Source: Patescibacteria group bacterium
GTDB taxonomy: Bacteria; Patescibacteriota; UBA1384; XYA2-FULL-43-10; 1-14-0-10-43-13
Reading direction: 5' to 3'
NCBI GenBank assembly: GCA_041666325.1
Contig: JBAYHC010000004.1
Location: forward strand, 128,929-192,928
Length of the DNA stretch: 64,000 bases
Shown: positions 17,951 to 27,125 of the stretch, in pieces
Position numbering within the stretch: the first letter of the stretch is position 1
How the letters are laid out: each line of letters opens with the position of its first letter
Program-made: the position numbers and the translations under genes
Notes under the pieces: generated by a model
What the model was told of the DNA's origin: nothing
Database searches by the model: none
Seen by the model: only the letters and a program-made list of their open reading frames with translations

Positions 17951-18174
17951 AGGATAATTTTAGCACAAAAAAAGTAGAAGTACTAAGGACACTATCTCAG
18001 CTGCTCGCACCCTTCTGTCACCCCGTATCAAGCACGGGATCGATTAAACTCAAAACACTAATTATCTGGATGCTGAATCAAGTTCAGCATGACACAATTT
18101 AAGGATACGAGCGAAAGCAGCAACACGCTGTTTGTCCATTTGAACTTTATCGGCCAACAACATATAATGGTTGC

Positions 18175-19023
18175 ATGATCGAAATCGGAAGGTCTTTTAT
18201 TATTGGGGCGATTCAGGGCATTGCTGAATTTTTGCCGATCTCCTCTTCTGGTCACCTTGTGCTTCTTCCCTATATTTTCAAGTGGGATTATCAGGGCCTG
18301 GCTTTTGATGTTGCCCTCCACTTTGGCACAGTGGTAGCACTGGTTGCCTACTTCTGGCGCGATTGGCTTGCGCTTTTCTTTAGCGCGGTAAGAATACGAA
18401 ATACAAAATATAAAATACGGGAATACCCAGACAACCTGCTCTGGCAAATTATTGTCGCCTCAATCCCCGCAGCAATGGTTGGCCTACTAATCAATGGCTA
18501 TGTCGAAAAATACCTGCACTCTCCTGCACTCCTGGCCTTCAATCTGATTTTCTTCGGTTGGCTGCTCTGGTTCGTAGACAAGAGGGCCAAGGCAAAATAC
18601 GATCTTCAACAAGCTCAGGTCGGCCTGAGTGGCAATAGACCGCCCGAAATACGAAATACGAGATACTCGCATTTGTTCCTCATGGGCATCGCCCAGTCTG
18701 TCGCCTTGGTCCCTGGCGTTTCTCGCTCCGGTATCACAATGACCGCCGGACGATCTCTGGGCTTAAGCAGAGAAAATTCAGCTAGGCTTTCCTTTTTGTT
18801 GGGCACCCCTGCGATGATCGGCGCGTTTATTGTCGAGTTTAAAGATATCGATAAGGGAGGCCTAAGCGCAGCATTCTTGATCGGCGTTATCTCAGCAGCT
18901 GTTTTTGGTTTTATCGCTATTAAATATTTGCTACAATACTTAAAGAAAAGCGACTTCTCAATTTTTTTGTGGTATAGGATCGCTCTGGCCATAATGGTTC
19001 TGGCCCTATATTTCACAAGATAA
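18175..19023 (+). CDS. uppP: Undecaprenyl-diphosphatase UppP (BacA). It carries two in-frame inserts encoded by RAAATAC heptamer runs.
   Basis: The UppP signature is ...EFLPISSSGHL.... The inserts ...VRIRNTKYKIREYPDN... (18391-18428) and ...PPEIRNTRYSHL... (18646-18666) coincide with the heptamer repeats. Confidence 0.85.
   Translation: MIEIGRSFIIGAIQGIAEFLPISSSGHLVLLPYIFKWDYQGLAFDVALHFGTVVALVAYFWRDWLALFFSAVRIRNTKYKIREYPDNLLWQIIVASIPAAMVGLLINGYVEKYLHSPALLAFNLIFFGWLLWFVDKRAKAKYDLQQAQVGLSGNRPPEIRNTRYSHLFLMGIAQSVALVPGVSRSGITMTAGRSLGLSRENSARLSFLLGTPAMIGAFIVEFKDIDKGGLSAAFLIGVISAAVFGFIAIKYLLQYLKKSDFSIFLWYRIALAIMVLALYFTR
18391..18428. repeat. Heptamer-like run (gaatac gaaatac aaaatat aaaatac gggaatac) lying inside uppP
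   Basis: Seen directly in the sequence. Confidence 0.75.
18646..18666. repeat. Heptamer run GAAATAC GAAATAC GAGATAC lying inside uppP
   Basis: Seen directly in the sequence. Confidence 0.85.
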
Positions 19024-19135
19024 TAAAACAGCACATAAGCTAGTAAGTAATTTTAGAGCAAATTGTGGTTCAGTTAAGTTTTCACTCGCTCACCAGCCTA
19101 TTAGCCCGCTAACTTACCGGCCAGCAAAGGAGGGT

Positions 19136-19795
19136 ATGAATTCGGTGACAGACCAAGCAAAAGTTAGCCAGACATCAGATCGGCCAATAATCTACTGGCT
19201 GGTTTTTAAGTGGCTGCTAGTTATTGCCGTCCTCGTAGCCGTCCTTTACCTTGGCACGCTCCCTGCCCGAAGCAAGCTATCCACACAACATCTCTACCGA
19301 GGCGACAAACTGCTCGAGGAGAGAAAATATCTTTCTGCCCGATTGGAATACAGAAAGGCCCTTGTTCTCGACAAAAACAACACCAAAGCCGCAGAGCACG
19401 AATTCCTTGCTAATGAAGCGTCCAGCGATATTACGAAATTAGAGAAATTTTTGCGTGACAGAGGAGCGGACAACCAATTAAACACAATGAAGGAAGCCAA
19501 GGCTGTTCCGGACAATGAGGTTGCAGCCGCACAGACATCAAGGGAACTGCTCGAGGCGGGCGAGTATCAGCTCGCAATCATCCCGGCGAAAACAGCCGTC
19601 CAGATGGACAAATCTTACCGCGATGGTTGGCTGTATCTTAGCATTGCTAGCCTCGAGTCCTCTCGACAACTGGAGATAGCGCAAGAAACCCGACAAGAAT
19701 ATCTGGACCAGGCTAGGCTCGCCCTTGAAAAAGCTGCGATTGCCGATCCGTCATATGAACCGATCAAACAAATAGAAAAAGAACTAAACTCTTAG
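19136..19795 (+). CDS. Membrane-anchored hypothetical protein with TPR-like helical repeats
   Basis: An N-terminal TM helix (WLVFKWLLVIAVLVAVLYL) is followed by a helical repeat region. No catalytic motifs were recognised. Confidence 0.4.
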   Translation: MNSVTDQAKVSQTSDRPIIYWLVFKWLLVIAVLVAVLYLGTLPARSKLSTQHLYRGDKLLEERKYLSARLEYRKALVLDKNNTKAAEHEFLANEASSDITKLEKFLRDRGADNQLNTMKEAKAVPDNEVAAAQTSRELLEAGEYQLAIIPAKTAVQMDKSYRDGWLYLSIASLESSRQLEIAQETRQEYLDQARLALEKAAIADPSYEPIKQIEKELNS

Positions 19796-19810
19796 TACGA
19801 GCGAGGGAAG

Positions 19811-21805
19811 ATGAGGGGATCAAGACGAATACATAACAGTGAAGCCGTGGACCAGTGTCTATCGACCAAGGTTATGGCTGCGCTATTGACCTTGGGTGTG
19901 ATAATTTTACCAATGGCCCCCTTCGGCAAAGCTTTGGCCGCAAACGAATACACAGAGCTTGCACCCTGCAGTCTGGCATTTAACTCAACCAGCAATCTTC
20001 TCAAAAATGAAGCGGGGGAAAGTTCGGGCAACAGACAATACATTTTTTCCGCCAGTGACTTTGGAGAAAGATTCCAGATCGCGGGTAGCGGCCTGGGTAT
20101 GTCGTTTGATTCTTCGCACCAAAAAATAAATCTGAATTTTAAGCATCGTTGGCGAAGCGATAACGGAATTAGAGATGTTTCTCTAGAATTTACTTTCTCC
20201 AGTAAAAGCGGGACCAACTATTCGTACCGAAACACAAAGGTTACAACAGTATACCGGGGCAGCACCACCACAACGACAGGTAATTCAGACAATCCAGTAC
20301 TAACTATTTTGAAGGCACCAAAACAAATCGACTTTAATGCGTCAGGGCACGTAGACTTCTTTCTCGCACTAGGCGATACAACTAACTCTCCGAATGATAA
20401 TGTCTACTATCTCAACTGCACGGCTGCTCCAGATGGCGAAGCAGAGCCACCACCCCTGCCTGACCCAGACGATGGCGGTGGTGCTGGCGGCACACCCACG
20501 AGCGGCAGCACGGCAGCCCCGACAGCACCGTCAGCTCCGTCCGTTCCAGATCTTTGGCTCGATATGCAAAACTGCCGCAATCCAGAGAGTGCGGTCAATG
20601 GACCGAATGGGTTTGTGGTAACAAAAATAGGTTTCAACACCAATTCGCCCGATGATCCCAATAATGGCAAAACAATGACTGTCCTAGCAACCAAAACCGT
20701 GAATGGCGCCACGGAAACCATTAACACGCCGTTCGTCTATGACGAAACCCCCGGCAAAAACTCTGCCACCAGCACCAAGCTCTACTACGGTATTAACAAC
20801 GTGGCGGTCAACAAAATTTATGCTGTTATAGATCTGACCAGCGCCGCCAAGCTCTCCATTATCAAGGAAGCCACGACACCGGCATCGGCATGGAAGCCAT
20901 GGATGGATGACCTGACGCAGATGAACATGCGCCTAAATTGCAAGTACCCGATCAGCGCCGACTTATCGGCCGAATCGATGGACAACAGTGGTCCCGATGG
21001 AAAGCCGAGAATAACTGTCGCCGGCGACCCAACTCTCGGCCGCCCAGACATGAGATTTGAGCTCGGACGACTCGTCGTAACAGGCGGCGCCGCAACAACA
21101 GACAACAACTCCTTTTACTTTCTCTACAATAAATCCCTTGGAGCTATTGGTAGCAGCGACGTGTTTGAAAACAGATACAAGCACATGGCGATCAGACTGG
21201 ACATGAGTCCAGGACCGAAGCTGGTTCAAGTTTTCTATGGCGATATCAGAAATCCGGGTGATGACTCCAAGGAGGGTATCGCCGGATATGGCGGAGGCTG
21301 GTCCGCCAACGTCTTCTATGGCTGGGGATTCAGGGTCGGAAATGAGCTCATCGGCAAATCCGTCGCCGACTATGTCTATCGCAAGAAGGATCCGAACGAT
21401 AACAGCAAGTGCAGTGATACAGTGGTGGGACCGGAAACAAACCCGACAACAGCAGCACCAGACTGGGACAGCCTTGACGGAGGTTCAACCCCGCCAAGAG
21501 AATGTTTAATCCTAAATGGCATCAACATCGGCGATAATGCTAGCAAAACGCCCATTGGCTGGCTAAAACACTGGGGCATTCCGACAACCAAATCATCGAT
21601 CACTGATGCGCTCGGCGAGACTGAAGATATCGGGCCCTGCCAGGTTATCAAGGTAGGAACACTGACAGCCTTCAGTCCCAGAGGACTGGTCACACTCCTA
21701 AACCGCTCGCTTTGCGAGGTTGCTTACTTCGTCTATAGTGTCGGCCAGGGTTTGGCCGCCAAAGGAAAGGAAATTCTGGAGCAATCACTGAGTCTGCACT
21801 CTTAG
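19811..21805 (+). CDS. Secreted hypothetical protein (664 aa) with a signal peptide and a Thr/Pro/Gly-rich linker. It is the first gene of the T4SS-like cluster.
   Basis: The signal peptide is MAALLTLGVIILPMAPFGKALAA. Low-complexity linkers include TTTTGNSD and PPPLPDPDDGGGAGGTPTSGSTAAPTAPSAPSVP. The true start may be the internal Met at about 19874. Confidence 0.45.
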   Translation: MRGSRRIHNSEAVDQCLSTKVMAALLTLGVIILPMAPFGKALAANEYTELAPCSLAFNSTSNLLKNEAGESSGNRQYIFSASDFGERFQIAGSGLGMSFDSSHQKINLNFKHRWRSDNGIRDVSLEFTFSSKSGTNYSYRNTKVTTVYRGSTTTTTGNSDNPVLTILKAPKQIDFNASGHVDFFLALGDTTNSPNDNVYYLNCTAAPDGEAEPPPLPDPDDGGGAGGTPTSGSTAAPTAPSAPSVPDLWLDMQNCRNPESAVNGPNGFVVTKIGFNTNSPDDPNNGKTMTVLATKTVNGATETINTPFVYDETPGKNSATSTKLYYGINNVAVNKIYAVIDLTSAAKLSIIKEATTPASAWKPWMDDLTQMNMRLNCKYPISADLSAESMDNSGPDGKPRITVAGDPTLGRPDMRFELGRLVVTGGAATTDNNSFYFLYNKSLGAIGSSDVFENRYKHMAIRLDMSPGPKLVQVFYGDIRNPGDDSKEGIAGYGGGWSANVFYGWGFRVGNELIGKSVADYVYRKKDPNDNSKCSDTVVGPETNPTTAAPDWDSLDGGSTPPRECLILNGINIGDNASKTPIGWLKHWGIPTTKSSITDALGETEDIGPCQVIKVGTLTAFSPRGLVTLLNRSLCEVAYFVYSVGQGLAAKGKEILEQSLSLHS

Positions 21806-21817
21806 CGTCACCTTACG

Positions 21818-24694
21818 ATGAAAATAATTACAAAAGAAAAATCATTCGCTTTTCTACTGCCGGGCTTTATCGTTGGTGTTTTGCTGGCCGTGTTCTTGTT
21901 GCCGAGCGAAAGGGCATATGCCGTGGCAATGGAGCCAATCTACAAGGTTCTCCAACAAAACGACGACATCAAGGGCATCTGGCGCAACATCACCGACCTG
22001 ATCAACTACCTGATAGTGGCGGTCCTGATCTTTGTCGCCTTTGCTCAGATCCTGCGCATCAACCTTAACACCTATGGCGTCAAGAAAATTATTCCGAGTT
22101 TAATATTCGCTATCGTAGCCACTAATTTTAGCTATCTTTTCTGCCGGTTTCTAGTTGATATAGCCAATGTTCTACTCTCGCTTTTTGTTAGCCCCAATTC
22201 AGCGGTGATTACCAACCAATTCACAAACATTATCTTTGACCCCAGACCGTCAAGTGATGGCCGCACAATCACCAATCTTTTTGAGTTGGCTCTGGATATC
22301 GTCTTCATCTATGCCTCCGGAATCCTCATGTTTATCTTGGGCTACCTTTATCTGATCAGAAACTGGGTTATTTATTTCCTGGTCGCCATCTCTCCGATCG
22401 CCTTTATGTCGATGGTTTTACCGCAAACAAAGAGCGTCTTCAACCAGTGGTGGAGCAACTTTGTCAAATGGACATTCATGCCCGTCGTCTCCATCTTCTG
22501 GATCTGGCTCGGAACTGCCTGGTTTACCAAAATACCCGACTCCTCAAATAAGACAATGCTCTTTGTCTTTGCCTTAGTTTGTCTCTATATGGCCATCAAG
22601 ACGCCGTTTAGCATGGGCGGCCAAGTTATGCAACAGTGGGGCAACCTCGGCAAAAAGGTTTGGAACCGAACGGGCGGCGATCTCGGCAAAGCGGCCTGGC
22701 GCAACACCGGCGGCAAGGGTGTGGGCTGGGCCAAAAATCAATACGACACAGCCAAAGCGGACCTTGGCAACGCAGTAGTTTTGGCTGGGCGCAACGCTTG
22801 GAGTCGAGGCACCGGATTTACTAAAAGGCAAACTCTCGGACGTCTTCCTGGAGGCAGAAACGCCCAAGGTCAAAGGCAATCTGCCAACGACTGGCTCAAC
22901 ACACGAGTTCAAGGCGCTAGACAGGGTAGAATCTCAGCCATAGAAAGAAGGAAACTACAAATGGAGGGACCAGAGCTCGTAAGAAAGAAGATGGTCGAAG
23001 ATGCTAGAACCGATGCTGCGGAAAGACTGGTTAGAGATAGAGGAATCCCTGCCGATCAAAAATCTCGATTTAGATCCATGTTGCGATCATGGGTGCGCAG
23101 CAACAGTGATGCCTATATGGACAACGACCTGGATGACAACATTGCGTACCTACGCCGTAACGAGCTTCGTGATGCTCAAGGAAATGTTGTTGGTAGAGGA
23201 AATTACACTTCAGGCGATGGCCTCGGAGAGGTCATGTCACATGTTGTTGCGCTAAAACGTCGCAGAAGACAAACCGGTCATGCCCAAGAATGGGCTCAAA
23301 TTGATGCTTTTTTGAATACTCTGCCCCTAGGAACTGTTAACAGAACAAGTGGGCAGGTTAACCGCGTTACCGGGCCGGCCATCATGAACACCGATGAATC
23401 TGGCATAGTCGGAATATCCGCCGGCGATAATGCAGCGAGTGCTCAAGACGGACAAGCTTCAGGCGCTAGCAGTCAACCGCCCACATCCCAGGATGAGACA
23501 TTGCTGCAGCAAGAACAATTTGGCAAGGGCGCAAAATATCAACGATTAGCTGGGGCCCTGAGCATTCACCAGGCCGAGTCCATGAGAAGAGTGTTCCTGC
23601 AGGGGGAGAGGGTTGAGGATTTGCCGGAAACAACCCGTGCCGATATTCAGAAAGGTGGCCTCGAGGAAGATGTTGAGGCATATCGCAAAGACCTAATCAG
23701 TTTACGCGAAAAAACGGCACACGACATTCTCCAGGTTAAAGTTGCCGAGAATGACGGCCCGCTGGAGGAGAGCGCCGCAGACTTTCAGTCTGGCCTTGGC
23801 CATATGGCCAGAGCAATAAGCCACGATGGCAAGAGCTTGCCCGACCTAATGTCCGAGCTTGAGTCAATTAAGAAAAACTTGCGCAGCGAAGCACCGGATG
23901 TCAAGAAAGGTGCGGTCGAGGACCTGTTTAGGATGACGGATGAACCTATGGTAGAAAATCTTGAGGTCAAGGGCCGACTCGACCTTGCGGCAGGGAGAGC
24001 CCAGAAAATAGTTGACTCCATGCTTGTTGCAGGAGAAGCTGCGCCGATGGATCATTATGCCTCCGTGAGAGGGGACAGATCGCCAGAACAGGCGATCGTC
24101 GAGGAGAGTGCTAAGGGACAACAGAATGGATTTATCCAAACGCTCAAGGACAACTCCACGCCAAGTCTAGATGAAGCGCGTGGAGAAGCCGTCACACAGC
24201 TGGTTCAGGCAGCACAAAGCAAACCCCAGCCGCAAACGCAAGAAACAAGTCAGCCATCGTCAGCGGTGGACGAAACAGGAGAAAAGGTTGCGTCCTCAAT
24301 CGACGCTGCTCTATCAAGGCTATTTCAGGGCGGAGAACATGGCGATCTTTCTCACCTGTCGATGGGGGGAATGCTAAACCATGAAGAACTTGCGGCTCAA
24401 ATAGCTGGGGCGCTCAAAGATGAGATGGGTAGATTCGTCGGAGTCACAACAGGCATTGGAAATGTCGGCACGATGACAGTAGGAGAATTCCAGCGCGTCA
24501 TGAAGCAGGCCTACATTGAGGCTCTCCAGACCAACCAACAGCTCAACAAGTCGACTGTAGGCGATGCCTTTTTGGATGAAAAGTTTCGCCGGATATTCTT
24601 CCAGCAACTCTCTCTGGCCACTGAACGCGGTGTAAAAAAGGGCACACCCAAGCCACCAACGATCCCGACTCCGCCGTCACCACCAGCAGCCTAA
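21818..24694 (+). CDS. Large polytopic membrane protein (958 aa), VirB6/TrbL-like. It has about 6-7 N-terminal TM helices and a long hydrophilic Arg/Gly-rich C-terminal tail.
   Basis: The hydrophobicity pattern of the first roughly 300 aa fits VirB6/TrbL. The gene neighbours PrgI-like and VirB4 genes. There is a 13-bp gap to the upstream gene. Confidence 0.4.
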   Translation: MKIITKEKSFAFLLPGFIVGVLLAVFLLPSERAYAVAMEPIYKVLQQNDDIKGIWRNITDLINYLIVAVLIFVAFAQILRINLNTYGVKKIIPSLIFAIVATNFSYLFCRFLVDIANVLLSLFVSPNSAVITNQFTNIIFDPRPSSDGRTITNLFELALDIVFIYASGILMFILGYLYLIRNWVIYFLVAISPIAFMSMVLPQTKSVFNQWWSNFVKWTFMPVVSIFWIWLGTAWFTKIPDSSNKTMLFVFALVCLYMAIKTPFSMGGQVMQQWGNLGKKVWNRTGGDLGKAAWRNTGGKGVGWAKNQYDTAKADLGNAVVLAGRNAWSRGTGFTKRQTLGRLPGGRNAQGQRQSANDWLNTRVQGARQGRISAIERRKLQMEGPELVRKKMVEDARTDAAERLVRDRGIPADQKSRFRSMLRSWVRSNSDAYMDNDLDDNIAYLRRNELRDAQGNVVGRGNYTSGDGLGEVMSHVVALKRRRRQTGHAQEWAQIDAFLNTLPLGTVNRTSGQVNRVTGPAIMNTDESGIVGISAGDNAASAQDGQASGASSQPPTSQDETLLQQEQFGKGAKYQRLAGALSIHQAESMRRVFLQGERVEDLPETTRADIQKGGLEEDVEAYRKDLISLREKTAHDILQVKVAENDGPLEESAADFQSGLGHMARAISHDGKSLPDLMSELESIKKNLRSEAPDVKKGAVEDLFRMTDEPMVENLEVKGRLDLAAGRAQKIVDSMLVAGEAAPMDHYASVRGDRSPEQAIVEESAKGQQNGFIQTLKDNSTPSLDEARGEAVTQLVQAAQSKPQPQTQETSQPSSAVDETGEKVASSIDAALSRLFQGGEHGDLSHLSMGGMLNHEELAAQIAGALKDEMGRFVGVTTGIGNVGTMTVGEFQRVMKQAYIEALQTNQQLNKSTVGDAFLDEKFRRIFFQQLSLATERGVKKGTPKPPTIPTPPSPPAA

Positions 24695-24729
24695 ATTCGT
24701 CAAAAATCGAATAAACACGGAGACGTTTT

Positions 24730-26367
24730 ATGACAGACGCAGCAGCAGAACAACCCGTCCCACCCCCGGTAACACCAGAGGCAGGAAGCGAAGGACAAGA
24801 AGCGGCAAAAGCGGCTGAGTTTTATTATCTTTCGGAGGAGGAGATTGCTCAAGCCATCGCCGAAGCCAAGAACCGCCCCATTCCGCCGGAGAAAGCACAA
24901 AGAATCAGTCGAGACCTGGACGCTGTTGAAAAAATTCGACAGGATATTATCGGATTGGAAGCGCTATCACCGGAAGAAAGAGATAAAACCCTTAGAACCA
25001 TGTCCGGCGCGCCGAATGTCCGCCCCGTCTTTGATGTTCTTCTCGGAAAACCAAGCCAACAGCCGGCTGAGGTCGTCTCCACCGAACAACATCCGCGACA
25101 ACGGCTAATAGAAGACCTGAGAACGCGATTTGCCGGACAAGAAATAGGCGCTGACACATGGGAAGAGGTCGAGGAGTTCGTTGCAGAGAACACCGAGCTA
25201 TTCGACACGCTAGAAGCCAAAATACAAGAGCTGAGCAGAAAACCTGAATACAGTCGAATAGAAGTCAAGAAGAAGACCATCGAGATTTGCCTCCTGCAAT
25301 CTGTTGTCAACGGACATCTCACGAAGGAAGATTTGAAAACTGTCCTCGAGGGCGGAGTCCGCATCTTGTCCAATGAGGAGATCTCGCAGCTTGCCAAAAC
25401 CGAGCAAAGCTACGAGGGCATCATGTATTATGATCTGGGTAACCGGGCGCTCATTATTTCGGAGAGCGCTTTGGTTGACGAGTACCGCATGAAGAATGCG
25501 GAAACCGGACAAGAGCGAATAATTGAGATCGACATAGAACACTCCATAAACCACGAAATTGCCCACGGCATAGTTGAGAGGGGATTACTAACCTCCGGCG
25601 AGAAAAGAGCTCGCAAGGAGCTGCGTGAGGGCAAAGAGGGGGTAGAAATTCCACCCGGCCTGCTCTCCCTCGCCATGTCAGTCATTGCTGCGGCCGGCGA
25701 GGTGAAAGAATACATGGTTTACCATTCAAGAAATGTCTTGAATGGCCTAGAAAAGCTAGGAGACATTCCGGCAAAGGACAGACAAAACGCTCAGGTTAAC
25801 GCAGCCATAGAGATAATTACTGACTATACAGCCATCTTTATGCAATCTGATGGCAAGGAAGAGAATTTTGTCGCCAAGTGTCTCGCCAAAACAGACACCG
25901 ACTTGCTTGTGAATCATCTTGCCAGGCGCTTCGGAATCAATGAAACTGACCCCGCGATAGTCAGGCAAAGGATCGGAGAAAAGATTAATGCGTTTAACGA
26001 GACGGACGAGAATGAGAAGAAGAGCATTCTCGCGCAGTACCCGGAGCTAGCCAAGGTCAACACTATGTTTCGAAAATTCTACGGGCTACTATATCAAGGA
26101 CGCGATGAGCTGGATAGAACCGAGGAAAAAATTGGCAAACGACAAGGCAAGCTCAAGGCGATGGGCAAGATCGGAACAGCAGCTGATGATAACGATGAGC
26201 GTACACTATTGCCGGATGAGGCAGCGTCTTTCCCGCAACAGAAAAACGAACAAAATGGTCAGCAAGAGGGCGGCGCTGTGAAGGAAGGTCTTGCAAGTGT
26301 TTTCCAATTTGTCCAGGCCTTTGCCGAAGAAGTAGGCGGGGGAGTAAATCAGGCCGTGTCACAATAG
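24730..26367 (+). CDS. Hypothetical soluble protein (545 aa) containing an HExxH motif (IEHSINHEIAHG). It may be a metallopeptidase-like protein.
   Basis: No confident family match was found. The HEIAH motif was seen in the translation. The N-terminus is Pro/Glu-rich. Confidence 0.35.
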   Translation: MTDAAAEQPVPPPVTPEAGSEGQEAAKAAEFYYLSEEEIAQAIAEAKNRPIPPEKAQRISRDLDAVEKIRQDIIGLEALSPEERDKTLRTMSGAPNVRPVFDVLLGKPSQQPAEVVSTEQHPRQRLIEDLRTRFAGQEIGADTWEEVEEFVAENTELFDTLEAKIQELSRKPEYSRIEVKKKTIEICLLQSVVNGHLTKEDLKTVLEGGVRILSNEEISQLAKTEQSYEGIMYYDLGNRALIISESALVDEYRMKNAETGQERIIEIDIEHSINHEIAHGIVERGLLTSGEKRARKELREGKEGVEIPPGLLSLAMSVIAAAGEVKEYMVYHSRNVLNGLEKLGDIPAKDRQNAQVNAAIEIITDYTAIFMQSDGKEENFVAKCLAKTDTDLLVNHLARRFGINETDPAIVRQRIGEKINAFNETDENEKKSILAQYPELAKVNTMFRKFYGLLYQGRDELDRTEEKIGKRQGKLKAMGKIGTAADDNDERTLLPDEAASFPQQKNEQNGQQEGGAVKEGLASVFQFVQAFAEEVGGGVNQAVSQ

Positions 26368-26432
26368 CATCTCAGGTCACAAAGCAAGTAGGCATGTAGG
26401 CTAGTAGGCAGAGTTGCACCACTGAAGAGTTA

Positions 26433-26493
26433 TTACTAGCTTACTAGCTTACTAGCTTACTAGCTTACTAGCTTACTAGCTTACTAGCTTATT
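26433..26493. repeat. Microsatellite (TTACTAGC)x7 with a partial eighth unit
   Basis: Seen directly in the sequence. The unit is related to the pervasive GCTTAC / CTAGTAAG intergenic motif family. Confidence 0.9.
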
Positions 26494-26587
26494 TTCTTTA
26501 TTGCTCTCATTACAGAACATTGTTATAATAGTTTCGAATCGTTAACTTCCTTATATTGGAAGTGGTTTTGGAAACTCGCGAGGGGAA

Positions 26588-26986
26588 ATGCGCTACAAGG
26601 TGCCACAAAATATCGACATGCAAGACAGAATCATTGGCCCACTGACGATGATTCAGTTTATCTATGCAATTGTTGGGACAGGCGCTGCCTACTCACTCTA
26701 TATGACCCTGCCAAAGCCACTCAATCTAATCGCGGCTGTTCCCGTTCTAATTTTTACAATTTGTATTGTCTTTATCAAAATTAACGAGAGACCCTTCCTA
26801 AATTTCTTCTTAGCCATGATAGAGTTTCTCTCCGCCCCCAAAAAACGCGTCTGGCATCACGGCAGTGTCGACAACCTTAAGGTTATTATTTACAGCAACA
26901 AAGACAACAGCAAACAGAAAGCTGCCGTCAAACATGTTTCCGAGGATGAAATCAAAAAACTAGCAAAAAAATTAGACGAGAATTAA
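26588..26986 (+). CDS. PrgI / VirB3-like small T4SS membrane protein (132 aa, two TM helices)
   Basis: The N-terminus ...YKVPQNIDMQDRIIGPLTMIQFIY... is followed by two hydrophobic helices. It sits upstream of the VirB4 homologue, as PrgI and TcpD do in Gram-positive T4SS loci. Confidence 0.5.
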   Translation: MRYKVPQNIDMQDRIIGPLTMIQFIYAIVGTGAAYSLYMTLPKPLNLIAAVPVLIFTICIVFIKINERPFLNFFLAMIEFLSAPKKRVWHHGSVDNLKVIIYSNKDNSKQKAAVKHVSEDEIKKLAKKLDEN

Positions 26987-27060
26987 TAGGCGTAAGCAAT
27001 CAGGCGCAAGGCGAAAGACCTTGACTCAGTTACATTAATTGCAATTGACTTACGACTGAC

Positions 27061-27116
27061 GCCTCTCGCCCGCCTGCATCGCCTGGAGCGAAGCGACTGC
27101 GGGCAGGCCTCTCACA
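27061..27116. repeat. Intergenic copy of the 36-bp core repeat (27071-27106), flanked by cctctc direct repeats
   Basis: The core is identical to the one at 3963-3998. The flanks are cctctc...cctctc. The spurious minus-strand ORF 27050..27373 reads through it. Confidence 0.8.
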
Positions 27117-27125
27117 CTATCAATT

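Noticed and set aside
17387-19023. Reporting the divergent PAP2 and UppP phosphatases as a novel finding
   Set aside because: Having two redundant undecaprenyl-PP phosphatases is common. Only the heptamer inserts in uppP were kept as noteworthy.
26433-26493. Possible CRISPR array, because of the regularly spaced short direct repeats
   Set aside because: The units are contiguous 8-mers with no spacers, which makes this a microsatellite. No cas genes or repeat-spacer architecture occur anywhere in the window.
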